Source of the DNA: Prasinococcaceae sp. CCMP 1430
Lineage: Eukaryota > Plantae > Prasinodermophyta
Assembly (NCBI GenBank): GCA_013416795.1
Contig: RQSC01000008.1
Location: 195,996-243,456, forward strand
DNA length: 47,461 nucleotides
Direction: 5' to 3'
In this document: piece by piece, positions 1 through 11,404 of the stretch
How positions within the stretch are numbered: the stretch's first letter is position 1
Layout of the letters: each line of letters opens with the position of its first letter
Program-made: the position numbers and the translations under genes
The notes under the pieces: model-generated
What the model saw: only the letters and a program-made list of their open reading frames with translations
Told to the model about the DNA's origin: nothing
The model's database searches: none

Positions 1-2
1 CG

Positions 3-3000
3 CGCGCTGCGACGGCGACCACGGGCGCCGCGGCGCGCGACCCAGCGCCCGTCGCCGCGCCCGCCGCGTCCGCCTCGCAGGCGGAGGTCGATGACTCGGC
101 GTACGAGGCGGCCGAGCCCGTTGACATCCTGGCCGCGCTGGAGCGCCGCAAGTTCGGGGACGATGCGCTGCCGCTCCTTGAGGCGCTGGAGGCCAAGAAG
201 TGGACGGTCAAGCGCGACGCGCTGCAGGCGGTTAAGGGGGCGTGCAAGGACAACCCGAAGATCGACGGCTCTGGCTCCAACTACTTTGAGCTGTGCCGCC
301 TGATCAAGAAGCTGCTGGGGGATTCAAACGTGGCCATCGTGGTGGAAGCGTCCTCGACGATCACCGCACTCGCGGGCGGCATGCGCGCGGCGTTCGCCCA
401 GCACGCGCGTCAGCTGCTGCCGACCATGATTGACAAGCTGAAGGAGAAGAACACCGGCGTGGGCCGCGCCCTCAAGGAGGCGCTCGCCGTCGTCTCGCTG
501 CACGTGATGCCGCTCGTTGAAGTCGTCGACGACGCCAATCGCGGTTTCGGGCACAAGGTGCCCAAGGTGCGCATGGAGACCGCCAACTGGATCTGCAGCG
601 CCATTGGCGCGGCCGCGCCGGCCGAGGTCGCCAAGGCCCTGCCGGACATCGCCCCAAAGCTGGTCAAGATGGTGAGCGACGCGGACGCCTCGGCGCGCGA
701 GGCCGCGCTCATGGCGCTCGCCGCCGCGCAGCGCGCGGTGCCCCTGGACAAGGCGCTGCAGAAGCACCTCGACAAGCTCGACGCAAAACAGAAGCAAAAG
801 TTCGAGAAGATTCAAGCGACCGCGGGCGGCAGCGTCGACGCGCACGCGGACGCCGGCGGCTCGGGGCGGCCGGCCGCCCCGGGCGCCTCGAATGCAAAGC
901 CCGCTGGCCGGCCCAAGACCGCGCCTGCCAAGACCCCCGGCAAGGCGCGCCCGGCGTCCGCAAAGGCGGGCAGCGCGGCCGGCGCCGCGACGGAGGCAGG
1001 CCCTGCAATGTCGAAGGAGGAAGCCCTGGCCAAGGCGGAGGAGCTCGTAGACGACAAGACGATTGCGAAGCTGAGCTCGACGGACTGGAAGACTCGCGTC
1101 GAAGGCGTGGAGTGCGTGCAGCGCATGGTCGACGCACTCGAGGGCGAGTCTCTCAAGGCCGCCGCCGACCCCATCGTGCACTTGCTGGCGTACCGCGTGT
1201 GCAGCCCCAGCGAGAAAGTGTTCCAGATCACCAAGGCGGCGATCGAGTGCATCGGCGCGCTCGCGCGCCGCGAGGAGTCCGGTTGCTCTCGAGGGCTCGC
1301 GCATGTGGCCGTGAGCGTGCTCGCCCCTCGCATCGCCGACGTCAAGCTCAAGGGCGTGGCGACAGCGGCGTTGGACGCGCTCTGCCAGGCCGTCGGTCCC
1401 GACTTCGTCACCCTTGAGCTCGCGGGCGCCTGCAAGACGAACAAGAATGTGAAGGTAGTCGCCGAGATGCTCTCGTACGTTGCACAGGCGGTGCAGGACT
1501 ACGGGACTGGCGCATTCCCACACGTGTCCAAGGTGGTGGCTCTCGCGAAGGAGTGCCTGCAGATGACTGCCCCCGCCGCCAAGACTGGCGCCAAGAAACT
1601 CTGCCGTGCGCTCTACCGCTGGATGGGCCCGTCCATCCTGTCGCAGCTCGACGGCGTGAAGCCCGCAACGCTGGGCGATGTGAAGGCCGACCTTGCCAAG
1701 GCCGCGCATGAACCAGATTCGGCGCCGGCGAAGAAGGCGCGCAGGGGTGCGAGGAAGCCTAAAGCGCCCCCAAAGGCCGCAGCTGGCGCCACGGCAGCGT
1801 CGTCGACGGCCGACGCGCCAGCCACACCAGGTGCTCCCCAGCCAGAAGTAGACGAGGGCCCGCGGCGAGACGTGTCGTCTCAGCTCGGCCCGATCGTTTC
1901 AGGGCTCGGCAGCGCGCACTGGAAGGAGCGCCAGGCGGCGCTTGAGCGCCTCAAAGGCGTCATCGGTGATGCAAACGGTCGCGTCGCTGCGGCGGGCACG
2001 AACGCCACCTTCGAGGCGCTCAAGCCGGTCCTGGCCGACTCCAACAAAATGCTTATCATTCGCGCGCTCAACCTGCTGGGGGAGCTGGTGAAGGCTGTCG
2101 GCAAGGATGCCTCGAAGGAGGGCCGCTCGTGCATTCGCGCAACCTTCAAGTGCCTGAACGATCCGAAGAGCGCAGTACGCGATGCTGCGGTGCGGTGCCT
2201 CGACTGCTGGGGGGATGCCGTTGGCATCACCCCGCTGCTGGCCTCGATTGCAGTGGGCGCTGCGCGCGTCGCGTCCTCTGGCGCAGTCATTCCTGCGGAG
2301 GGGCGCGCAGCTTCGATGGGTTTCGCCGCGCGGCGCCTGCTAACTGCTGGCGCGGGCAACGTACGCACCAACGACGTTGCCAGTGCGCTCCTCAAGCCCA
2401 CCATCGGCGCCATCGGTGACAAGAATCCGAGCGTGCGCGCTAGCGGCGAGGCTCTGGGCGCGGCACTGGCGGCAGTGTGCGACCACAAGTCGCTCCGCGC
2501 AGCAACGGGGGGCGACAGCGCCCTCGAGAGTGCGCTGGAGAAGATGCTTTCGAAGGCAAGTGGCCCCGGGGACGGAGGCAAGACCCCCGGGCGCCGCCCG
2601 AAGACTCCGGGTGCGAAGCTTCGCACCCCAGGAAGGGGGGGGCGCACGCCAAGGACGGGGCGCACGCCGAAGACGGGCGCGAGGCCCTCCGCCTTGGTGC
2701 CGTCGGGCGCCTTCTTGCTTCCCAGCGACGGCAAGGCGGCGCGGGCGTTGCTTCTGCCGTCGCGAGCCGAGTGGTGCCTCGCGCCCGCCGTCGGTCAGGG
2801 CCATTTCGAGGCTCTTCGCGCCGAAGCGGAGGCGACTGGCGCCGTGCGCGAGGATATGCTCGAGCTCATGTTCTCCCCGAAGGCGAGGGAACGCGCAACA
2901 GCCGCCGCTGCACTGGCAGCCACGGCGACGGCCGGGGGGCTCCTGACGAGCGAGATAGTCGGCGTGGTGGACTTGCTACTGCGGTGGGTCGCTAGCGAGT

Positions 3001-5498
3001 TGCGGGACGATGGCGGCGCCGGCAGCGACTCTGCGGCTGCCCTCTCGGCCCTGTCTGCGATCACCGATGCGGCGTGCGAGCAGAACTACACGCTGAATTC
3101 GGTCGAGGCGGCCGTGATCATGCCGGCGCTCCTCGAGGCGGGTGCGAACGACGAAGCGGTCGCCGAGGGTTGTGAACAGGCGATCTCGTCTCTCTGCCGC
3201 ATCCACCCCACGTCGCGCGTCTTTGGCCTGCTTGCTGAGGGGGCGATGTCGTCGCCCACAGCTGTCGGCAAGGCGCGCGCACTGGCATCCATGAGCGCAA
3301 TCGCGAAACAGATGGGCAAGAGCAGCGCAACGTTTGCGTTCGCCGCGCTGCCCGCGCTGGCGCCGCTCTTGGCAGACCAAGATGCGGCCGTGCGCGGCGC
3401 TGTGCTCGCGTTCTGGGGCCGGGCCTATGGGCTCATCGGCGATGATGTCTGGCAGTACGTAGGAGAGCTGTCGAACCAGCAGGAGGAACTCCTACAGGAC
3501 AAGTTGTCGTGGGTGAAGCGCCAGGCTGAACACGAGGCTGCTGTCGCGGCAAGGTCACCACGGGCCGCGCAGCGGACGACGCCGGCCTTCGCCACGCCGC
3601 TGGGGCTTAAGGCGCACCCGGTGTCGGCTGAGGGCGCGCCCTCGACTCCGAGGCGCCCCGCCAGCGCAGCTGCGACGGCAGAGGATTTCAGCCCCGACTG
3701 GGAACGCGCCATGTCGCTGCTGCAAGCGCAAGGCAGCTCTCAGGTGGTGGAAGGGCTCAAGCTTGCGACGCACACAATGGAGATGGCCGGCCGCATGGAC
3801 GATGTCGTGCTCAGTGCCACCCTCGCCGAAGATGCGGACCTGCTGGTCACGCGCCTGGCCAAAGCGCTCCCAAGCCTCCTCGAGGACGCCGCGTCGTCGC
3901 ACACGTCCCCCCCGGGGCGACAAACGGTTGCTCTCAAGCCGGTGAAGTACCTGCTGAACACGCTGATGAACGCGTTCCAGCTGCCGTGCATCGCCCTGTC
4001 TGTACCCGAACCATCGCTGCGCGTCCTGCTGGCGGCCCTGTTGCACGCACTGCTCGACACCAACCTAACGTCGCTCGCGGAGGGCGTGCAGGTTCTAAAG
4101 GCGCTCAACGTGCTTGTGCTCAAGGTGCTGGAGAACATCGAGCGCTCGGACAGCTTCTGCGCCCTCATCGCACTCCTGCAGCAGCATCGCGGACCCGGTG
4201 CCGCCAGCAAACGTCCCAGTGCCCCCAAGGCCGCAGCGAGCGACACGACTGCGTTCGCGGATCTCGTCGTGCGTTGCCTGGTGAAGCTGACGAAGGCACT
4301 CGGCGCCACCATCGAGGCAGTCGACGTGCCTCGCGTTCTGCTTGCGGTACACGGCTACCTCATGGCTTTCTCCGTGGATGAGCTGCGAAAACTAGCCTCA
4401 ACCAACAGCCGCCCGCTCCGTATGATCAAGACCCTGCTGCACGAGCTCGTACGCGTCAAGGGCGAGGCCATCAACGACTGCCTGACGCTTGTGCCGGGGG
4501 GCAGCTCATGCAACGAGCCTATCGTCGCCCAGTACATCGCACTCAACCTGGCGTCGATGCACCCGGGCTCCGCAACCACGGCGGTGCCCGCGCCCGCGAC
4601 TGCTGCGGTGACGCCTACGAGCAACGCACGGCACTCGCCTACAGCGGACGCTGCGATGGGTGTAGCGCTCTCGGAGAGTTCCCCTAATGTCGCACGTCTG
4701 CCCGCGGGGCGCGCGGCTGCAAAGGCCTCGCCGGCTCCCGCCACTGCGCCATCGGCCGCGGCGGTCCCAGCGTCGCCAGCGCCTGCCGGACTGAAGAGCG
4801 AGCTGGCGAATATCTTCAAGAAGATCGGCAACAAGACCACCACGAGTGAGGGGTTAGAGGAGCTGTACCGGTTCACGCTCGCACACCCGGACGTCGACAT
4901 CACGCCGCATCTGCGCAAGACGAGCGCGGCGTTTAGGCAGTACATCCAGCAAGGGCTGGCGCGAGCGGGGGAGCGCGCGAAACGCGCCGCTGCCGCGGGC
5001 GCCGCTTCGAACGCCAAGCGAGCGGCCGCGGCCGACGTCGTGGCGATGCCATCGACCGCTGCCGCCGCTAAGAGTGCCGCCGACGCCGCCGCGCCCGAAT
5101 CCGTCGCTGCGCTGGCGGGAGGAGACGTGTCTACTGGGGCCGCCAAGTCGACGAGCGCAGCAGAGGGCTACCAGGCTCGCATGGAGGCGCTGCGCTCTGG
5201 CATTGCGAGCGAACAGGCGTCAGCGGGCACGCGCACGCCCGGCACCACAGGGGCTCGGGCAGCGGATGTAGACGCGCTGCGCAAGAGGATGAGAAGGTGC
5301 GTCGCCGCGCGCTTGACCTTTGCCACGGTTTGCAAAAGACCAGCCTGCGACATGGCGCGCTGACCCTCCGTCGCACCTTCGCACGCGCGCAGTCTGGGCG
5401 GCGGTGCACCTGCAACGAGCGCGGCAGTAGACGCGGCGGCCCCGGCGCGCTCCTCGACAGCCGACTTGCGCGCGAGGTTGGCGACGCTCGGCCGGTAG
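3..5498 (+). CDS. MOR1: MOR1/XMAP215/ch-TOG microtubule polymerase, 5'-partial; one intron 5297-5392
   Basis: Frame open from base 3. TOG starts EPVDIL..AKKWTVKRDAL, STDWKTRVEGVE, SAHWKERQAALE; TOG5-like LLRWVASE..EAAVIMPALLE; C-terminal PDWERAMSLL..QVVEGLK matches the plant MOR1 tail. AG|GTGCGT donor 5297, GCTGAC branch ~5360, CAG acceptor 5392, TAG 5496-5498. Confidence 0.95.
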
Positions 5499-5663
5499 CG
5501 CCGACGGAGCATATGACAAACCGTATTAAGAAGCGCTTGGCTCGATATTATTGCGGGGTGCTCGCGCTCTCGCGAGATTCGATTTCGCACCTACACTGAT
5601 GCCGCGTGCGTGTGCCTTCGCTCTGAGGGTCCGTCCAGGAGAGTGTCTTCAATTCCTGACGTC

Positions 5664-6898
5664 TCAGATGTCCGCCCCATACTCTTCTGTCTCCTCAGGC
5701 AGCAGCAGATATTGAACGAACGCCGAGGCTCGCCCATCTCCCCCGCCTGCCATCACCCTCTGCACGGCCAGCGTGCCGGTAGCATCGACCTTAATCTTCA
5801 CTAGGGAAGACAACGGCGCCATCGGTGCTTCGTGCTGCACCCCGAAGTGGGACCCACCCTGGTGCCCATAGTACCCATGCGAGCCATGTGTACTGCCACC
5901 GTGCCCCTTGTGCGCATGTTCTGTCGCGGCGCGCAAGAACTGCGCGAGAGCCAACAGCTGTGCGTCAGCGCGCGCGCGCCATTTATTGCGCTCAGGCGCT
6001 TTGCGCCGCGCATGGCCGACGCTCGCACGGTCGTGCGCACCTTGACTTTGTACGTAAACTGCAGCGGGACCCCGACAGCCCACTGCCGAATGGCATCGCC
6101 CGCCAGCTCGATGTTCACGCTCCCGTTGCCCTCGGCCGACAGGATCGCACACGGCGGGGTCGGCAACAGGGCGACGCTGGCGACGCTGGCCACCGCCTCC
6201 AGATCCTCGACCGCGTCGCGGAGCACCGAGGCTTCAACGGCGAAGGCCACGGCGTCCGCCTGAAGTGCGATTGCCTGCGCGCCGTCGTCTGCCGGGTCGA
6301 GCACGTGCGTCCGCATTTCCGCGTCAGTGCAAAGCGCCTCGCTCGCGTCTTCCATGCCAAGGACGAGCGAGTCGTCGACGCCCGGGTACTGCATTGTTAG
6401 CACGCCGTGGCCGCTGCCGGCATCGCCACCGCCGCCACCATACGTGCTGCCGCCGCCTCTGGCTGAGAAGAGCGCCAGCGTGTCGAGGAGCGCGCCCAGC
6501 TGCACGCCTGCGCGCATCGGATCGGGCCAGGGAAGCGCCATGTCAGCTCTCAGCGGCGCAGTCTCTAGGCGGAGCGCCAGAGCACGTTCCGAGCGATCAC
6601 GCTCATTGGCGCGCCGGCGCGAGGTGGCGTGTCACAACGGGGACGCACCGAAAGTGCTCCCTTTGACAGGGCCGATGTACTCGAACGACTCGAAGACCGC
6701 CGCGGAGAGGAACGCGTGCGCTCGCATCGCCTGCGCCTCCGCGACCGACACCGTCATGCCCGCAGACGAGACGAGCACGGTTGCCTGCTGATTGCGCTTC
6801 CACCTCAGCGCCGAAAGCGCGCGCGATAGCTGGTCCGGACCGCCCAGGGAGCACAGCAGCGTCGGCGAGAGCGTGGGCGTCTGCACCGGCTCCGCCAT
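5664..6898 (-). CDS. RAD1: Rad1 subunit of the 9-1-1 checkpoint clamp; introns 6508-6648 and 5940-6040
   Basis: MAEP..LCSLGGPDQLSRALSALRWKRNQQA..FESFEY..FG|VQLGALLDTL..LRDAVEDLE..YKVK|FLRAAT..VQYLLLPEE resembles plant RAD1 (VRWKRHQDA, FGVSLGLFVDCL, YKYKFLRAT). Canonical GTGCG donors and CAG acceptors join the three ORFs in frame. Confidence 0.88.
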
Positions 6899-7486
6899 CG
6901 CCGCGCGCACCCGGTCCCGGGGCGCCGCCGCGCCCGCGGGCGATCCGCGCGTCTCGCAGCGGCACCCGCGCCCCCAGGGGTCTAGGCCGCCGACCCCCGA
7001 GGCCCACGCCCGCGGCGCCCGCCGCGCCCGCCGCACCAAGCTCGCCCCGCTCACACAGCTCGCCCAGCTCGCCCCGTGTCCCGCGCGCTCTGTGGCGGGC
7101 GGGCGCCTCTGCGCGTTTTTCGCCCGCCTCCGCGCGATGCGGTGCCGCGATACCATGCCGCACATGCGGGTACACTCCCAATCCATTTTGATGTGCGCTT
7201 TTTGGCGGCGCCGCATTTTGCCGCGCGCTCGTTGACAGCGGCGGCGCCGCCACCACTCGCCCGCGGCGCCCGGCGCGCCACACGCCACGCCGGCGACGCG
7301 CGCGCAGCTCCTCCGCCCTCGCTCCGCGACGCCGTGCTTGCACCAGTCCGGCGCAACCCGCCGACGGACTCCTGCCGGCGTGTCGCTCCGCAGTCCTCAC
7401 CGGTCGCTCACGCATCTCAGCAAACAAAGGAGGTGCAGTACGTCACTGCGGGCGCTCTCACGGAGAGAAGGCTGATACGCACATCC

Positions 7487-8412
7487 ATGACCTCCGCGCG
7501 CGCTCTGGCGCCCAAGATGCGCCCCGCCGGCGGCTCTGCCGTGGCCGTCTTCCTCGTGGCAGTACTAGCGACGGTCGCTAAGGGTGCTATTGCGCAGCCA
7601 AGTGGGACGACGAACCGGTACACTGGCTATCTGTTCGACATCTACTGCTGGTTTCTGAACCCCGACGAGCCGTTCCATCGCGCCCTGGACGGCGCGCTGC
7701 TCGAGACGAACCCCGAGGACCACTACTTGCACTGCATGCGAGACGGTCCGTCAGCATTGCTGCCGCTATTATCACTTCGGACGGACGCCATGCCGGCACC
7801 GTGACGGTGCCGATGCTGTGCTACTACTGACTTTAGTACTCGCGAAGGATCACCGTGATGACCATCACTGACACGCCCTACTTCTCGCATTGACGTTCAC
7901 CTGTCACTTGCGGCGTGTGCGACCCGTCCGCGCTGATGCGGCACGCTCCACTTGCACACTGCCGTGCATATTATTACACGCGCTCGGATGCAGTGCCGAT
8001 CTGCCGAGCGAACGGCTACGGGCTCCTAGCAGATGTGGACGGCGACGGGCTCTACGAGTACTGGGCGCGTTTTGATGAGGTTGGCAACGAGCTCACGCTT
8101 GCGTGGCTGGACACCCAAGTCGGAGACTACCAAGGCGTGTTCGTTACCGTCGAGGCGCAGGGAGTCGACGCGGCGCCTGACGCGGATGAGATGCTCTTTT
8201 TGTCCGTGACGGCCTTCAGGCCTGCCGAGCCCGGTGAGCTAGAGGGAGACGTGATTCCGATTGCTGACGACGGCGGCGCACCTCCTTCCCAAGGAGGCGC
8301 GCCGCGCCCAGAGCCGGCGCCTGCTCCCGGCCCAGCGCCGTCCCCTCTCCCTGCCGCCAGCGACGAGGCTGGGGCAGCGATGATGAACGCAAGCTTTGCG
8401 CTCACTGGATGA
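7487..8412 (+). CDS. Secreted/surface protein of unknown function with Cys/His motif and Pro-rich tail; intron 7746-7993
   Basis: Hydrophobic signal peptide AVAVFLVAVLATVAKGAIA; GYLFDIYC..PEDHYLHCMRD|VPICRANGYGLL after splicing G|GTCCGT..GCAG; DVDGDG motif; PEPAPAPGPAPSP tail. Confidence 0.75.
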
Positions 8413-8891
8413 GGCTGGCGACGGCGCCGTGACGCCACGGCGACGACCACACTAACGACGCTCTGACAGAACCCGGGGGCATCGCGATGGACGGATTCAA
8501 CGGAAGATGTCCCTTTTCCACCCCACACGCTCATAGAACCGACGAGATGCACGCGTGTGCGCGCGCGCGCAAGTACAGTACGTACCGATGACGGCACACG
8601 CAGAGACGACTCGGACACACGACGCGCTCCGTCTATTTATTTTTGGGATTCTAACACTGCAGCTGAGACCAGTTTGTGGATATGTGGTTGGCCCAAGCAG
8701 ATACTAGACTAGTCTAGAGTACCCCAAAACAGTGCGGCACACTGGCAGGCGCTGCGCGCGACAGATGCGGAGGCGCGCGGGTCACAAATGTGTGCCAGCG
8801 CCGCATGCGGACTGCCACGCGCCCGGCGAGTGCTCACTGCCAGTGGCACGTCGCAGACCAATGTTGGTGTGCCATTTGATTATGCTTATTA

Positions 8892-10945
8892 TCATGTGTG
8901 TTGTTGCGGCGCGCGCGCATTGAGGCCCAGCGCGTCCTCAACGCCCAATCTGGCTGCCTTGAGGTTGGGGCGGCTCGGTCGCGCGCGCGGGTACAGCGCG
9001 CACACCGCCGCCGCCGCCCTTCTCATCGCCACCTTGGGATCGTCGATGAGGCTCTCCGCGGCCGACGCACTCGCGTCCGTGCCGCTCGCGAGCGGCAGAG
9101 GCATTGCAAGCGCGAGCGCGGCAGCAGCGCAGACGCAAACGTCGACGCCACCATCGCACCAGAGCAGCACGCGCTTCACACCGCGCGTCCGCCAAGCGCG
9201 CACAAGCGCCAGGGCGCGCGGCATTGCCTCTCGAAGCGACAGCGACTCTGGCGCGTCGCACGCCGCCGTCGATCCGCCCGGGCGTCTCGCTTTGCCTTCG
9301 CGCTTGCTCCCGGGCACGCGCAGCAGTGCAACGCGCCACGAGCCCGTCGGCTCCGTGCCACCCGCTACAGCGACCGCCAGCGCTTCCGAGCAGGTCAACC
9401 CGAGCATCGCGTCGACGTGCTCAAAGATGTCTGAGCGGATGGCACCCGCCGCCCCGCACAGCAGCAGACCACTGTCGCCAAGGCGCGTCGGGGTGCTGAC
9501 GCCTTCTGCCACATAAGTACTGCCCGCCCCACCATTAGTCTGATCGCCTGTGGCTGTCCCGCAGCGCCCGCCGGTCAGAAGCTTTGCAACCTCCGCCTCG
9601 CAATGCGCCCTGCCGCCGGCGAGGATGCGCTCTGAGTTGGCCCAGAAAGCGCCGGCCGTCAACGCGAGCTTCGACCGGCCAAGCCGCGCCCATGATTCCT
9701 CATCGTCGCCGGCGCCAGGCACTGCAAGCGCGCTCGAATGGCCGGGTGGTCAGGAGCGCCAGTACGCAAGCGGTTGAGGTCAACACTGTGCGTTGCAGCC
9801 GCGGATGGATGTGTGTCGCGACTCGACCACCCGCGCGTGCGCGCGTGCAGACGCGGCGCGAGCAGCGCGCATCACGCACCGTACAGCCAGCTCTGGTCGG
9901 AAGCCGCCGCGGCCCCCGCCGCTGTCCCCGCGCCCACGCTCTGCGCCGCGAGGACTGCAGCCTGGGCTGCCTGCGCCGCTGCGTCCGCGACTGGCATGCT
10001 CGCCGACACGCACACGATAGGCGTGAATGGCAGCGCGTCCAGGCCACCCTCACCGCCATGATGCTCGTTCACGATGAGTGAGCTCAGCTGGCCGACCCAC
10101 AAACACCGCAGCGGCCGCTGCAGCGCGCACAAGAGTGGTTCCAAGAGCGGCGCCGCCACCTCCAAGAGCTCGTCAGCCCAGCCTTCCAGGCGCGCAGCTA
10201 TCTGTCCGCTCTCCGAGGCAGGCAGCCACGGCGGGAGGTGAATGGCAGTGTCCCAGGCGTCACCCGCAGCAGCGTGCTTATCGTTTCCTGTCTCGCAACC
10301 CTGACGCTCAGAGAGAGCACGATCGCCGTCTGCTCGTTGCCCGCGCTCGGCTTCGCGCAGTGCCAGCCGCCTGAGCGCCACGTTGAGCGTGGCGCACCAC
10401 ATTGGCACGGTCTTCGTGAGCGCGTCCGGAAAGGTTTTGCCGCGCGTCGTAGCGTCCACGAGCGCCACGCCGCCCCGCTCGGCCGCCGCCGTCGCCACGT
10501 GAAGATTCAGACGTGCCGTCGAGAACCTGCGCGCGCCGCGCCGGCGGCGGCGGCACCCGCGCGTTGCGGAAAGCGCGCATGCATCAGCCTCAGCCCGCAG
10601 CGCACTGCTGGCGCGCGCGCGCGCGTGCGCGCGCGGCCGCTGCCACAGTGCCTACTCCATTCATCGCCGTGTGACGCACCTCCAGTGGCTTGTGTGCCCA
10701 TCCGTAGACTTGAAGTGCGCGGGTGGCAGCGTGAAGATATCGGGCGTACCCGCATACCACATTCCGCAGCGCAGGTTGGCAGCCACCGGCAGCGCCCGGT
10801 ACGCAGGCGTGCAGCGTAGGGTCTCGCGCACAAACGCTGCGTCGGCCAGGCAGGAGCGCAGGCGATCATACAGCGCGTCAGAGCCGCTTCGCTTTGCCGC
10901 GCGTGAGAGAGCGCCCACGCTCCGCTGCTGGAGCGCGGCGTCCAT
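8892..10945 (-). CDS. RIT1: Initiator tRNA A64 2'-O-ribosylphosphate transferase; introns 10527-10679 and 9722-9879
   Basis: ANLRCGMWY, HFKSTDGH..WRFSTARLNLHV, VDATTRGKTFPDALTKTVPMWCATLN, WLY|VPGAGDDEESWA and a C-terminal phosphatase-like LLWCDGGVDVCV..ARPSRPNLK; splice sites join in frame. Confidence 0.93.
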
Positions 10946-11295
10946 GGCACGCTATGCGCGCTCGCACTCGCGCCGCCGCCGCCGTCACAATCGCAGCGCG
11001 CCGGCCATGCCCGCGCGAGCGCCGACACCCTCAGGGAGATGCTGCACCTCAAGCCCGTCCACGCCTCCGACCCAAGCCACCCTGACCCGGTCACGGCCTG
11101 TGCAGTGTGGCGCACGCTCAGTGGACTTGCACGGCACACTCTCTCACTGGAAGCGCGCCCGCCAACCGCGGGCGCGCGGCGAGTGGCGCGCACTGGGCGG
11201 CACCAGCAGTGGCAGCGGAGGGGCGCGTGCGAGTGGAGAGATGCATCGTCCTTACAGCACCCTCGCGCCGGCGCCGCCGCGCGTGCGGGCGCGCG

Positions 11296-11299
<4 letters not shown>

Positions 11300-11339
<40 letters not shown>

Positions 11340-11346
11340 CGCGCGC
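11300..11346. repeat. (TG)15 microsatellite followed by a (GC)n run
   Basis: Read directly from the intergenic sequence between RIT1 and ARP4. Confidence 0.95.
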
Positions 11347-11404
11347 GTGCTCGAGGGGGGCAGGCGCGGCACCATCAGGGCGCCGTGCACGCGCCCCCAT
11401 GCCC

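Noticed and set aside
8704-8717. 14-bp palindrome CTAGACTAGTCTAG
   Set aside because: Single occurrence between convergent genes, with no element structure around it.
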